DNA of 64,000 nt from Truepera sp. (GTDB lineage: Bacteria > Deinococcota > Deinococci > Deinococcales > Trueperaceae). Location of the stretch: positions 3,808,001-3,872,000 of the forward strand of contig CBDCKW010000009.1 in assembly GCA_965218435.1 (NCBI GenBank). The letters run 5' to 3'. A program made the translations under genes and the position numbers. Under the pieces are notes generated by a model. That model ran no database searches, was not told the origin of the DNA, and worked only from the letters and a program-made list of their open reading frames with translations. This document shows positions 9,511-19,686 of this stretch, one piece after another. How positions within the stretch are numbered: position 1 is the stretch's first letter; each line of letters starts with the position of its first letter.

Positions 9511-9596
9511 TGGTATCTGGCTAGGTTGTCGCCGTCTGAACCGGGTATACTAGACGGGCTTAAACCAATTTTTAGAGGGTCTGCAAAGGAGTTTAG

Positions 9597-11009
9597 ATGT
9601 CTTTTTTGAGCCGTGACCGTTCGGTCGCCCGTCCGGGGTTTAGCCGCTGGCTGGTACCGCCTGCGGCGCTCGCCATTCACCTGTCTATCGGTCAAATCTA
9701 CGCGTACAGCGTCTTTAGTGGGCCGCTGCACCAGCTTGTGGGCGTCACTGAACCCGCGCCGGGGGACTGGAGCATTGCCACCATCGGTTGGATTTTTACG
9801 ATTGCGATTGCAGTACTTGGCGCGGCAGCAGCACTTTTTGGGAAGTGGCTCGAGCGTGTCGGCCCCCGGATGGCGATGTTCGTCTCGGCGTGTTGTTTCG
9901 GCGGCGGCTTTTTAGTTGCAGCCTACGGCGTGTCTATCCACAACATTTGGGTCGTTTATTTAGGGAACGGCGTCTTGGGCGGCATTGGGTTGGGGCTCGG
10001 CTACATCTCGCCGGTGTCAACGCTGATCAAATGGTTTCCCGACCGGCCGGGTCTCGCCACCGGCATGGCGATTATGGGCTTCGGCGGCGGCGCGATGATC
10101 GCTTCACCGCTTTCGGTGGCGCTGATGAACCGCTTTGCGACACCGACTTCTGTAGGCGTTGCGCCGACGCTCTTTACGCTCGGAATTATCTATTTCGTCT
10201 TTATGATGTTCGGTGTGTTTACCGTGCGAGTGCCGCCGGAAAACTGGAAACCTGCCGGTTACGTTGTTCCGACAACGAGCAAAAAACTCGTCACTAACGC
10301 CAACGTAGACGCCGACACTGCCGTTCGCACGCCGCAGTTCTGGCTCCTCTTTGCTGTTTTGTGCCTCAACGTCACAGCGGGTATCGGAGTGCTCGGACAA
10401 GCTTCGGTGATGATTCAGGAGATGTTTTCTGAAGCTTCAGTCGGTCAGGCGGTTGCGGTGACGGCAGCCGCGGCAGCAGGGTTTGTCGGACTCTTGAGCC
10501 TGTTTAACATGGCCGGACGCTTTTTCTGGGCGTCGGTGTCGGACTATATCGGCCGTAAAAACACCTACAGCATCTTCTTTATTCTCGGCGCAGTGCTCTA
10601 CTTTCTCGTTCCGACATTTGGCAATCAAGGGAACGTCTTTCTCTTTGTTGCCAGCTTTTGCATTATCCTGACGATGTACGGCGGCGGCTTTGCCACCATT
10701 CCGGCCTATCTTCGTGACCTCTTCGGAACGCTGCAAGTCGGCGCGATTCACGGGCGCTTGCTCCTCGCGTGGTCGGTCGCGGCGGTCGTCGGGCCGGTTT
10801 TGATCAACTATATCCGGCAAGGACAGATTAACAGCGGCGTTCCGGCGGCGCAGGCGTATTCGGTGACGATGTACATCATGGCGGCGCTGCTCGTCGTTGG
10901 GTTTGTCTGTAACCTGCTGGTTCGTCCGGTTGATTCACGTTTTCACGTTGAAGAGGCGAAAACGAGCCCTCGAGCCCCCGCTACAACCGGCAGCGTCCGC
11001 AAAGCTTAG
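9597..11009 (+). CDS. OFA-family MFS transporter (oxalate/formate antiporter-like)
   Basis: About 12 TM segments; SRWLVPPAALAIHLSIGQIYAYSVF, KWFPDRPGLATG, YGGGFATIPAYL. Confidence 0.9.
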   Translation: MSFLSRDRSVARPGFSRWLVPPAALAIHLSIGQIYAYSVFSGPLHQLVGVTEPAPGDWSIATIGWIFTIAIAVLGAAAALFGKWLERVGPRMAMFVSACCFGGGFLVAAYGVSIHNIWVVYLGNGVLGGIGLGLGYISPVSTLIKWFPDRPGLATGMAIMGFGGGAMIASPLSVALMNRFATPTSVGVAPTLFTLGIIYFVFMMFGVFTVRVPPENWKPAGYVVPTTSKKLVTNANVDADTAVRTPQFWLLFAVLCLNVTAGIGVLGQASVMIQEMFSEASVGQAVAVTAAAAAGFVGLLSLFNMAGRFFWASVSDYIGRKNTYSIFFILGAVLYFLVPTFGNQGNVFLFVASFCIILTMYGGGFATIPAYLRDLFGTLQVGAIHGRLLLAWSVAAVVGPVLINYIRQGQINSGVPAAQAYSVTMYIMAALLVVGFVCNLLVRPVDSRFHVEEAKTSPRAPATTGSVRKA

Positions 11010-11017
11010 GAGCAGTC

Positions 11018-11185
11018 ATGGCAAAAGTAACTGTAACTAAAACGAATCAAACTGAAGCCGGTCACGAACAGGATTTTGACAGCACGCCCACCCTGCAGCT
11101 CATTATCGCCTGGGCCGTGGTAGGCGTTCCACTGCTTTACGGCGTTACTCGAGTTTTTGTCAATTCACTCGCGCTCTTTCGCTAA
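11018..11185 (+). CDS. Small membrane protein (55 aa), MFS small-subunit-like
   Basis: Not in the ORF track; AGGAG RBS overlapping the MFS stop; ...LIIAWAVVGVPLLYGVTRVFVNSLALFR. Confidence 0.75.
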   Translation: MAKVTVTKTNQTEAGHEQDFDSTPTLQLIIAWAVVGVPLLYGVTRVFVNSLALFR

Positions 11186-11192
11186 TCTATGT

Positions 11193-11486
11193 TTAACCGT
11201 CTGCAGAGTCAACGTTGACTCTGCGGATTTTTTGTTTCCACTGTCCATTTTGTCCACCGCTCCATACATACTTCGTACCGACCTCATGCGGCGCAGCCAA
11301 TAGCGGTTGGATAAGCGTTTCCAGCGGAATGCGGTAGGCAAAACGGGTCTTTAAGTACCACAGCTCGAGCCCTATTCTCAATTTCTCCAAATCGTCCAGC
11401 GGTAAGCCCAACCGTAGCGCGTAGGTGTGCGCTTTGTTGACGGCGGCGTCAAAGAGGTCTGGCCGGGACGAGGTTAGACGAGACAA
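11193..11486 (-). CDS. Hypothetical protein
   Basis: Directly follows the phosphatase gene on the same strand; plausible composition. Confidence 0.6.
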   Translation of the reverse strand: MSRLTSSRPDLFDAAVNKAHTYALRLGLPLDDLEKLRIGLELWYLKTRFAYRIPLETLIQPLLAAPHEVGTKYVWSGGQNGQWKQKIRRVNVDSADG

Positions 11487-11488
11487 AG

Positions 11489-12172
11489 TTACTCGAGGTC
11501 TCCTTCTGCCGGAGTCGCCGCGACAAACGCTGCCGCTTCACCGTAGAGGTGCTCAGCTGAGGCCCAGCGCACGAGTCGTAACTGCAATTTGTCGTGCTCG
11601 AGTGACGCCTCGAGCTCACTTACCGCGCAGTTGTGATGGACTGTGCGCTGAAGTAAGTCCCGGTCTAGTTCGGGGATAAGGCTTAGCAGCGGGAGCGACA
11701 AGCTGCCGCCGTGCGCGACGAGTACCAGCATTTCATCGTCTCGGCCCCGGCACATCGCTTCGTAGCCTCGGCGTACTCGGTTGACGAGTTCGTGATAGTT
11801 CTCGCCTTCTGGAAACCGCGCTTCGTAATCCCCCTCAGCCCACGCCCAGATGATGGCGTCGTGTTGTTGCCAAGTCGCTGCCGTAGGCGGTTGCGCTTCT
11901 AAAATACCGACGTTAAGTTCGCGGAAGGGCTCGAGCACCCTCACCTCGCCACCCATCTCAGCGGCGATGATCGCGGCTGTTTCTTGTGCCCGCTTTAAGG
12001 GTGAGGCAAAGACCTGCGTCACCGGATAACGTTTCAGATACGCGGCGGTCTGCTCGGCCTGAAGTCTACCTTTAGCAGTCAGCGGATAATCTACCAAACG
12101 GTGCGAAAATTCTTTCGTTAGATTGGCCTGATTTTCACCGTGCCGGACAAGTACAAACCGATTCGTGCCCAT
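11489..12172 (-). CDS. Histidine phosphatase (phosphoglycerate mutase) family protein
   Basis: LVRHGE, SPLKRAQETA, LVAHGG motifs. Confidence 0.9.
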   Translation of the reverse strand: MGTNRFVLVRHGENQANLTKEFSHRLVDYPLTAKGRLQAEQTAAYLKRYPVTQVFASPLKRAQETAAIIAAEMGGEVRVLEPFRELNVGILEAQPPTAATWQQHDAIIWAWAEGDYEARFPEGENYHELVNRVRRGYEAMCRGRDDEMLVLVAHGGSLSLPLLSLIPELDRDLLQRTVHHNCAVSELEASLEHDKLQLRLVRWASAEHLYGEAAAFVAATPAEGDLE

Positions 12173-12174
12173 GT

Positions 12175-13263
12175 CTAGCCGCGCCCCCGCGCTTCATACC
12201 CCGCCGTGGTCAGCGCCTGCGTGCCGCGCCTTAAGCCCTCTTCGCTGTCAAAAGCGAGTCTAAGCGCGCCCCCCGCTTCACGGATAGATAAGACCTCGAT
12301 GTCTTTGACGTTGACCTCCGCGTCACCTAACGCCTGGGTAATCCGGGCCAGTTCGCCGGGGCGGTCGGGAACGGCGATGACGACTTCAAAGCGGGCCGGG
12401 AGGAGACTGCGTTTCACGATAGGAAAGGCGTCCCTGGCGCGTTTGGCAGCTTCGGCGCGTTCTAGCATGGCGTCGGGATGCTCGAGACACTCCTCGAGCT
12501 CCGCCAAGTATTTTCGGAAACAAGCCAGCGCACCTTTTAGCGCCGCTTTATTACCGACCACCATATCGCGGCTCATTCGGGGACTGCCCGAAGCGACGCG
12601 GGTGAGGTCACGAAAGCCGCCTGCAGCGAGGAGCATCATCAGGTCGCGGTTTTCGTCTTGGGCGGCGAGTTCGGTCAGTGCTACGGCGCTCAGGTAGGGC
12701 AGGTGACTCACGGCTGCGACGAGCCGGTCGTGTTGTTCGGGCGTGGTCGTCAGCGGTACCGCGCCGAGCTGTTCGACAAATGTTTCGACGCGCCCCAAAG
12801 CTTCAGCGTCGGTCGCGGCGTCCGGCGTCAGGACCCAGACAGCGTTTTCTAACAGGGCAGCGTCGGCGTAAAGCACGCCGCCGCGCTCACTCCCGGCCAT
12901 CGGGTGCCCACCGACGAACCGTAAATCGGCGAGGTCGGCGCACACCTCACGTTTGATGCTGCCGACGTCGGTAAAAATCGTGTCGGGGCGGGTAAACCGT
13001 GAGAGGCTGCGCGCCGACGCGGTGAGGGTGCGGGCAGGGGAGGCCAGCACCACGAGGTCGGCGTCTGCCAGCCACGGACCAAGCCGAAACTGCGCCTCGT
13101 CAATGACGCCCAGCCCACGGGCCGCCTCGAGCGTCTCCGGGTCGAAGTCAAAGCCGATGACTTTATCGGCTAAAAACCGTTGCCGGGTACCGAGCCCGAC
13201 CGAGCCGCCGATCAGCCCTACCCCAGCAATCACGACCGTGCTAAAAAGGGGTTCGGGGCGCAC
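12175..13263 (-). CDS. tyrA: Prephenate dehydrogenase with C-terminal ACT domain
   Basis: GVGLIGGS, DVGSIK, GGHPMAGSE, SHLP, GFRDLTRVA; ACT motif VPDRPGELA. Confidence 0.93.
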   Translation of the reverse strand: MRPEPLFSTVVIAGVGLIGGSVGLGTRQRFLADKVIGFDFDPETLEAARGLGVIDEAQFRLGPWLADADLVVLASPARTLTASARSLSRFTRPDTIFTDVGSIKREVCADLADLRFVGGHPMAGSERGGVLYADAALLENAVWVLTPDAATDAEALGRVETFVEQLGAVPLTTTPEQHDRLVAAVSHLPYLSAVALTELAAQDENRDLMMLLAAGGFRDLTRVASGSPRMSRDMVVGNKAALKGALACFRKYLAELEECLEHPDAMLERAEAAKRARDAFPIVKRSLLPARFEVVIAVPDRPGELARITQALGDAEVNVKDIEVLSIREAGGALRLAFDSEEGLRRGTQALTTAGYEARGRG

Positions 13264-13293
13264 GTCAGCTTAAAGGTTGTGCTTGCAGCAAGG

Positions 13294-13449
13294 TCATTCG
13301 GGTTCGTCGTCTAGGTGGTCGAGCTGCTCGAGTTCGTCGTCGAAGTCGGGAGTTTCCTCGAGGGCGTCTTCTTCCTCATGCTCAGCGTCTTCTGCAAGGT
13401 CATCTGCGTCCGTACCGTAATCTTTTGGGTTGGTGTTGGCGTCGTCCAT
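13294..13449 (-). CDS. Hyper-acidic microprotein (51 aa)
   Basis: Translated by hand: MDDANTNPKDYGTDADDLAEDAEHEEEDALEETPDFDDELEQLDHLDDEPE; TAAACT 7 nt upstream of ATG. Confidence 0.6.
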   Translation of the reverse strand: MDDANTNPKDYGTDADDLAEDAEHEEEDALEETPDFDDELEQLDHLDDEPE

Positions 13450-13491
13450 ACCGGACAGTTTACGCCCTTTGGCTTGGGCTTCCGTAGCAGG

Positions 13492-14226
13492 CTAGACGCG
13501 GACGAGCGAGGTCTCTTCGACTGCCTGCATAAATGCGGTAAAAGGTGCGATCTGCTCACTGTACGCCTGGAAACTCATCTCCGGGTGCCACTGGACGCCG
13601 AGCACAAACGAGCCGTCGGTGTTTTGGAGGGCTTCGGTCACGCCGTCGGCGCTCCGGCCGACCACCCGTAAGCCCTGCCCGAGTTTGTCAACTGCCTGGT
13701 GATGAAATGAGTTGGTGCGGATATGCTCCTCGCCGAACGCTGCGGCTAAGACGGAACCGGGCTCGAGCGCCACCCCGTGCGAAGGACCGCCGCTGATATC
13801 AAACTGTTCGTGCTGAATCATGCCCGAAAGCGCCGGCAAATGCTGGTGCAGCGTGCCGCCTGCAGCGATGTTAATCAGCTGATGCCCACGGCAAACCCCC
13901 AAAATCGGGACGCCTTTGGCGCGAGCCGCGTGGTAGAGCGCCTGTTCAAAGCGGTCACGGGTCAGGTCAACCAGACCCAACATAGGGTGCGGTTCCGCGC
14001 CAAAAAAAGCCGGGTCAACGTCCGCCCCACCGGTCAGTATGAGTCCGTCTGCGTCTTCCAGATACGCCTCGGCGTGTTCGGGCGCTAGATTGCCGACCAT
14101 CAGCGGTAAACCGCCGAGCTGCGTGACCGCCTCGTTATAGTTGAGGCCGGTTACGGCGTCGGTGCGGCGCAGCCCAAGGGTGCGGAAGACAGATGACGTG
14201 CTGAGTAAGATACGGGCGCGTTTCAT
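13492..14226 (-). CDS. Gamma-glutamyl-gamma-aminobutyrate hydrolase / peptidase C26 family
   Basis: LTGGADVDP, LGVCRGHQ, NSFHHQAV, GVQWHPE; leaderless TAGGCT start at 14226. Confidence 0.9.
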   Translation of the reverse strand: MKRARILLSTSSVFRTLGLRRTDAVTGLNYNEAVTQLGGLPLMVGNLAPEHAEAYLEDADGLILTGGADVDPAFFGAEPHPMLGLVDLTRDRFEQALYHAARAKGVPILGVCRGHQLINIAAGGTLHQHLPALSGMIQHEQFDISGGPSHGVALEPGSVLAAAFGEEHIRTNSFHHQAVDKLGQGLRVVGRSADGVTEALQNTDGSFVLGVQWHPEMSFQAYSEQIAPFTAFMQAVEETSLVRV

Positions 14227-14409
14227 AAGCCGTAGCCTATCACCCGGATGAAAAACCCTCATGTCTTTTTGCGTACAGCAGGGAGCGTGTGGGTCAGTTG
14301 CAGTAATAAAAAGTCGGTATTCAGCCCGTCAGTATTCAGCTCTCAGTAGCTTGCAGTCGCGTTTTTTATGCGCTCAAAACGTGATAAAAACAGGAAGTTT
14401 ATGACGGTC

Positions 14410-15612
14410 TCAGATTGTGGCAGCTTGCTCGTAACGGGGCAGGGTGACGTGAAAGGCTGCGCCCCCTTGCGGGCGGTTGTGCGCCTCGACGCGGCCGCCG
14501 TGCAGCTCGACGAGTGTGTGAACAATCGCGAGACCCAAGCCGCTACCGCCGCCCAGCCTGCTGCGGCTCGTCTCAGCGCGGTAAAACCTCTCAAAAACGT
14601 GAGCTTGCGCCTCTTTTGGTAAACCTGGCCCGGAATCTTCGACGCTCAGCTCAGCGCCGCCGGACGGCGCGGCAACTGAAACCCGAATCCAACCCCCGGC
14701 GGGGGTGTAGCGCACCGCGTTCTCGAGCAAGTTCGTCAGCACCTGCGCGAGCCGGTCGGGGTCAGCGCGGAGGGGCGCGTGCGTTGCCCCGGTGCGAAAC
14801 TCTAAGCTCAGCCCTTGCCGTCCGGCTTTTTCCCGGAAGCTGTCACACACGCGCCGCGCAATTCTAACAAGGTCGGTGTCTACCCGCTCTAACGTCAAGC
14901 GTTTGGCGTCGGCTAAAGACAGTGTGCGGAGGTCGTCAATTAACCGGGCTAAAAGTTCGGTCTGGACGCCCAGTTTACCGAGTTCGCTGCGGTCTAAGGG
15001 CACAATCCCGTCACCCATCGCGTCGAGCTGACCTTGCAAGATGGTCAGCGGGGTGCGGAGTTCGTGGGCGATGTCGGCAATCAGTGCCTGACGTTCGCGC
15101 TCGAGCTGCTCTAACGCGCCCGCCATCTTATCGAAGTGCCGGGCGAGCATCCCCGTTTCGTCGCGGCTTCCTTGGGCGTACGCTGGGAGCACCGCCCGCG
15201 CCGAGAGATCGCCTTCAGCGATACGGGCGGCGGCCTCGGCCACCGCGGTGATGGGCCGAGAGATACGCCGCGCTAAAAACAGCGCCGCAGCGACGCTCAA
15301 ACTGATAAGCACTCCGATACTGACAAAGAGAAGCCGGTCGCGCAACCGATCAAACCGCGTGCCGAGCGCCTGCACCTCTTCAAAGTTTTGCGTAAGGCCG
15401 CGAATTAACACCTCAAATTGGGGCCGGAGTGACTCGGCCGTTTCTTGCTGTTTGAGCCCGTCGCTGATGGCCACGAGTGGGTCACGCACCTCTGCCGGAA
15501 GCTGCTGAAACTGCCGCTGCGACACGTAAACTTGCAACAGGGCGAGGAGCGTCGTAAAGAGCGCAACGCCGACAATCGTCAGGGTCAGGCGGGTGGCGAG
15601 ACGGTTCATCAA
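14410..15612 (-). CDS. BaeS-like membrane sensor histidine kinase (HAMP-HisKA-HATPase)
   Basis: Two TM segments; DIAHELRTPL, NLLENAVRY, DSGPG, GSGLGL. Confidence 0.93.
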   Translation of the reverse strand: MMNRLATRLTLTIVGVALFTTLLALLQVYVSQRQFQQLPAEVRDPLVAISDGLKQQETAESLRPQFEVLIRGLTQNFEEVQALGTRFDRLRDRLLFVSIGVLISLSVAAALFLARRISRPITAVAEAAARIAEGDLSARAVLPAYAQGSRDETGMLARHFDKMAGALEQLERERQALIADIAHELRTPLTILQGQLDAMGDGIVPLDRSELGKLGVQTELLARLIDDLRTLSLADAKRLTLERVDTDLVRIARRVCDSFREKAGRQGLSLEFRTGATHAPLRADPDRLAQVLTNLLENAVRYTPAGGWIRVSVAAPSGGAELSVEDSGPGLPKEAQAHVFERFYRAETSRSRLGGGSGLGLAIVHTLVELHGGRVEAHNRPQGGAAFHVTLPRYEQAATI

Positions 15613-15615
15613 CCC

Positions 15616-16293
15616 TTAATTCTCGGTACTGAGCCGGTAGCCCATCCCGCGCACCGTTTGGAGCATCTCGGCGGCGTGAGCGGCCTCGAGCTTTCTACGC
15701 AGGTTCCTTAAATGGACGTCAATCACGCGTTCTAACGCTTCGCTTTCGGGTAGAGCGGCCTCTAACAGTTCAGCGCGGGTAAAAATTCGCCCCGGCGCTC
15801 CGGCGAGGTGGTGCAAGAGTCTGAATTCGGTTGCCGTCAGCCGGAGGGCTTCGCCTTCGACCTTGACAGAGGCGCGTAAAGGGTCTAACTCGAGCGCCCC
15901 GAGCCGGAGCGGCGCAGTGCTGCTACCGGCAGGCTGCGTGCGCCGTAACACCGCCTTGATACGCGCCATCACCTCACGCGGACGAAACGGTTTGGTCACG
16001 TAATCGTCGGCACCGAGCTCGAGCGCGAGCAGCTTGTCGAGTTCTTCAGTGCGGGCAGTCAGCATAATGACAGGGGTCGTGCTTTCAGAACGAACTGTTT
16101 TAAGGACCTCGAGGCCACTCAAACCCGGTAACATCACATCGAGCAAAATCAGGTCGGGGTGGGCGCTGCGAAACAAACTGAGCGCACGCTCACCGTCACC
16201 GGCACGTTCGGTGCGGTAACCGCTGCTGCGCAAGTAACCTTCTAAAATCTCGGCAATCTGCGGTTCGTCTTCGACGACCAGGACAAGCGGCAT
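15616..16293 (-). CDS. OmpR/BaeR-family response regulator
   Basis: VVEDE, LLDVMLPG, GADDYVTKPF, TVRGMGY; TATACT 7 nt before ATG 16293. Confidence 0.93.
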   Translation of the reverse strand: MPLVLVVEDEPQIAEILEGYLRSSGYRTERAGDGERALSLFRSAHPDLILLDVMLPGLSGLEVLKTVRSESTTPVIMLTARTEELDKLLALELGADDYVTKPFRPREVMARIKAVLRRTQPAGSSTAPLRLGALELDPLRASVKVEGEALRLTATEFRLLHHLAGAPGRIFTRAELLEAALPESEALERVIDVHLRNLRRKLEAAHAAEMLQTVRGMGYRLSTEN

Positions 16294-16524
16294 AGGCTCT
16301 AGTATAAGGTCTCTATCTAGGATGTCAGCTGCAGTAGAGCTAGCTGCGACTCTGCTGGTATCGTCTGCTAAAAGCATCCCGCGACCTTACGCGGCGCATA
16401 TGAAGCCCGCGTGTAAAGTTTGCAAAGATTTTTTGCCTTTTGCGCTCAACTACTGAATTCTGTGCTCTGAATTCTCCTTTAGGTGACGCAGTAAACGTTA
16501 CCGGCTACTGTTAAAATCCAGCAC

Positions 16525-18696
16525 CTAATTCGCCTGACGAACCTCCTCGAGCAGTTTCTCAAAGGGTACGGGTTTTGCCGCGCCGGTCTCTACTGAAGTT
16601 TTAGCGAGGCTAGGGTTACCTTTGACAGCCGCCTCTAACGGCGCACGTGCGTCAGCCAAACGGCCTAAATCGTAATAGATGAGCCCCAAATTGAGCTGTG
16701 CTCCGCTGTTCTCCGGGTCGGCGGCCACCGCCCGCGTGAGATAATCTACCGCTTTGTCGAGTCGGCCCAACTGAAAGTAAGCAAACCCGGCGTTGTTTAA
16801 GACGGTCGCCTGACCGGGATTCGGGGTTGTAAAGTCCGCCAGCGCCTTGTCATACGCCTTGACTGCGCCGCGCAGGTCGCCGCTGAGTTGCCGAGTATAC
16901 CCCTGATAAAAGCTCGGCAGACCAGCCGGAGACAGCTCAGCTGCTCGGTCAAACGCGGCCTGCGCCGCCGCTGCGTCGCTGCGCTCGAGCGCCGTCAGCC
17001 CTTCTTGCACTAAGTTTGCGACTTCATCGCTGAGCGGGGTGTCTGAACCTTCGGCCAGCCGCTGCGTCTGCGCGACAAATTGCCGCGTCTGCGCTGCCTG
17101 CCGGTTGTTGGGGTCGAGTTTAAGCGCCTCGTCAAGTGCGGCGAGCGCCTCGTCGTACGCCCCGGTGCGGCCGAGCGCCGAACCGTAAAGCAGGTAGAGG
17201 CTGGCGTCTTGCGGGGCGGCCTCGAGCAGAGGCTTTAAGGTCTTGACCGCCGCTTCGTTCTGGTCGGCCTGAACGTAAATCTGGGCGAGGTTGCGTTCTA
17301 ACACGTTTTTCAAATCGGGGTTTTGCTGCGCGGCTGTCTCGAGCGTGGTGGCGGCCTCATCGGTTTGGCCCTGTTCGGCCTGCGCAAGTGCGAGCTGATT
17401 GGCCACTTCGGGGTTGTTCGGCGCAAAGCTCTGTGCGCCGCGCAAAACTTTCTCTGCGCCCGCGTAGTCGTTTGTTTTACCGAGCATCTCCGCTTCGGCG
17501 AGGGCCAACCCTGCGTCACGCGGATACGCCTCGCGGCCCCGGCGCAAGATCGCCAGCGCCCGTTTGCTCTCCCCGGCAGGGAGCGACCCGGCGAGGGCGT
17601 AAAGGCTCGGTTCGGGCTTTGAAGTTTGCAGGGCTTTTTCAAGAAAACTCACCGCTTCGGCGGTATTGCCGCTCCGCACCGCTTCGGTGACAAAGGCGCT
17701 CGCCAAACCCGGCGAATCAGGAACTTTTTGGACGCCGGTACGAAGGGTTTGCAGCGCGGTTTGCGGACTGCCCGACTGACGCTCGAGCGTCGCGAGTTCA
17801 AGGTAAGCCGCCGCGTAACGGGGATACGACCCCAACGCCGCCTTGAGGTCTCGTTGCGCCGCCTGCGGGTCGTCCGACAGCCGCGCTTGTCCGGCCAGGG
17901 CGACGGCGTGCGCGGGGTTGAGCTTTAAGGCCCCCGTAAACGCCTCTCTCGCCGCCGGAATGTCTCCGGCTGCGGCTAAGACGACGCCCCGGCCCACGAG
18001 CGCCTCGACATCTTCGGGCGCAGCTTGGACCGCCCTTTTTGAGAGCGTCAACGCCTCGGCGTCTTGACCGGCTGCGCCGAGGGCTCCGGCGCGTTCCGAA
18101 AGTGCCCAGCTCGAGCCGCCCGCCGCAGCTTGCTCGAGCGCCGCTGAATCGCTCACACCGAGACCCAAACCGGCCTCACCGACGGTGCCCAGGTCAGCTA
18201 AGTTCGGGGTTTGCGCGATTACGGCGGCCAGCTGTGCCCGGTCTTCGGTGCTGACAGAAAGGCCCAGTTCGCGGATGACCGTATCGGCAACTTTGCCGAG
18301 CAGGTCGGCGGGGTTTTGCAGCGTGCCGTCTACCGCGACTTGGCGCGTTTCCTGGCCCGGTTCGGCTAAAAAGACGTTGACTCGAGCTTGGTCGCCCGCC
18401 GTGCTGACCAACCCGCTCACCAGCGCCTGCGCCTCAAACGCGTCGGCAAAGACGGTCGTATCGAGCTTGGCCGCGTCGGTCCGCTGCGCGACGACCAGGG
18501 TGTCACCGACCGGCGGCACATAGAGATTGTCAATCACGTTGAGGCTGCGCTGCAGACCGGTGGCGAGACCGAAACGGTAGGGGGCCGCAGCGTCGTCGGT
18601 ATCAAACGCGAGGACAGCTACGCGCACCGGTTGCGCCGCCGCCGCGCCTAACAGCAAGAGACAAACTGAAAAGACTAGAGTAAGGGCTCGTTTCAT
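16525..18696 (-). CDS. Secreted TPR-repeat protein with N-terminal TolB-N/CsgG-like domain
   Basis: Signal peptide AAA-Q; VAVLAF N-domain; many TPRs (ALKLNP, ALKLDP, AQLNLG). Confidence 0.8.
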   Translation of the reverse strand: MKRALTLVFSVCLLLLGAAAAQPVRVAVLAFDTDDAAAPYRFGLATGLQRSLNVIDNLYVPPVGDTLVVAQRTDAAKLDTTVFADAFEAQALVSGLVSTAGDQARVNVFLAEPGQETRQVAVDGTLQNPADLLGKVADTVIRELGLSVSTEDRAQLAAVIAQTPNLADLGTVGEAGLGLGVSDSAALEQAAAGGSSWALSERAGALGAAGQDAEALTLSKRAVQAAPEDVEALVGRGVVLAAAGDIPAAREAFTGALKLNPAHAVALAGQARLSDDPQAAQRDLKAALGSYPRYAAAYLELATLERQSGSPQTALQTLRTGVQKVPDSPGLASAFVTEAVRSGNTAEAVSFLEKALQTSKPEPSLYALAGSLPAGESKRALAILRRGREAYPRDAGLALAEAEMLGKTNDYAGAEKVLRGAQSFAPNNPEVANQLALAQAEQGQTDEAATTLETAAQQNPDLKNVLERNLAQIYVQADQNEAAVKTLKPLLEAAPQDASLYLLYGSALGRTGAYDEALAALDEALKLDPNNRQAAQTRQFVAQTQRLAEGSDTPLSDEVANLVQEGLTALERSDAAAAQAAFDRAAELSPAGLPSFYQGYTRQLSGDLRGAVKAYDKALADFTTPNPGQATVLNNAGFAYFQLGRLDKAVDYLTRAVAADPENSGAQLNLGLIYYDLGRLADARAPLEAAVKGNPSLAKTSVETGAAKPVPFEKLLEEVRQAN

Positions 18697-18920
18697 CTCC
18701 CGAAGTATACCTAAGCCGGGGTGAGAAGCGGCTTTACGTTGGCTCGAGGCTCAACACATGGCTTACAAAAGATAGCGCCAAAAGCGTAACCTCAGCTGCG
18801 ATGATTGCACTAACTCGAGTTCGGTGCGCTCAGTTATGCTTGGGTATATGAACGCGTTTGGCCCACTGGGTTTAACTAGCTCGGGTCAAAGATCATCGGT
18901 GATGACCAGCGGAGGTCTTA

Positions 18921-19682
18921 ATGTCAACCCAAAACTCACGAATTGCCATCGTGACAGGCGGCGGTAGCGGTATCGGCGCTGCGACTGCCCACACACTTGC
19001 TGAAGCTGGCTGGACCGTCGTCATCGCGGGGCGGCATCAGGAGACGCTCGAGGCTGTTGCAACTAGCGGTGCAAACCTGAGCGGTGTGCTCGACACGGTT
19101 ATTGCAGACGTAACCGACGAGGCGAGTGTTAAAACCCTGTTCGATACCACCGTGCAGCGTTACGGCCGCGTAGATTTGCTATTTAACAACGCCGGAACCG
19201 GCGCTCCAGCCGTTGAGCTTGACGACTTGGCGCTTAGCGATTGGAATAAGGTCGTCGCCGTCAACTTAACCGGCGTTTTTCTCTGTACCCGTGAGGCGTT
19301 CCGGGTGATGCGGCAGCAAAAGCCGCAGGGAGGCCGCATCATTAACAACGGCTCGATCTCAGCGCACGCGCCGAGGCCCCGCTCGGTCGCCTACACCGCG
19401 ACCAAACACGCCGTCACCGGCCTAACCAAGTCAACGGCCCTTGACGGACGCGCCTTCGATATTGCCTGCGGCCAGATTGATATCGGCAACGCCGCGACGG
19501 CTATGGGCAGCGGCGCGGCGTCCGGCGCGGCGCAGGCTGACGGCAGCGTGCGCCCCGAACCGCTGATGGACGTGACCGAGGTCGGCAGAGCGGTGCTCTA
19601 CATGGCCAACTTGCCCTTAGGAACGAACGTTGCGACGATGACCGTGATGGCGACCAACATGCCGTTTATCGGGCGGGGTTAG
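18921..19682 (+). CDS. SDR family oxidoreductase
   Basis: [17 protein letters not shown]. Confidence 0.92.
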   Translation: MSTQNSRIAIVTGGGSGIGAATAHTLAEAGWTVVIAGRHQETLEAVATSGANLSGVLDTVIADVTDEASVKTLFDTTVQRYGRVDLLFNNAGTGAPAVELDDLALSDWNKVVAVNLTGVFLCTREAFRVMRQQKPQGGRIINNGSISAHAPRPRSVAYTATKHAVTGLTKSTALDGRAFDIACGQIDIGNAATAMGSGAASGAAQADGSVRPEPLMDVTEVGRAVLYMANLPLGTNVATMTVMATNMPFIGRG

Positions 19683-19686
19683 CAGC

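Noticed and set aside
13311..13671. Track ORFs 13311-13559 (-) and 13315-13671 (+)
   Set aside because: Alternative-frame or antisense to the C26 gene and the acidic microprotein, which has the better promoter signal.
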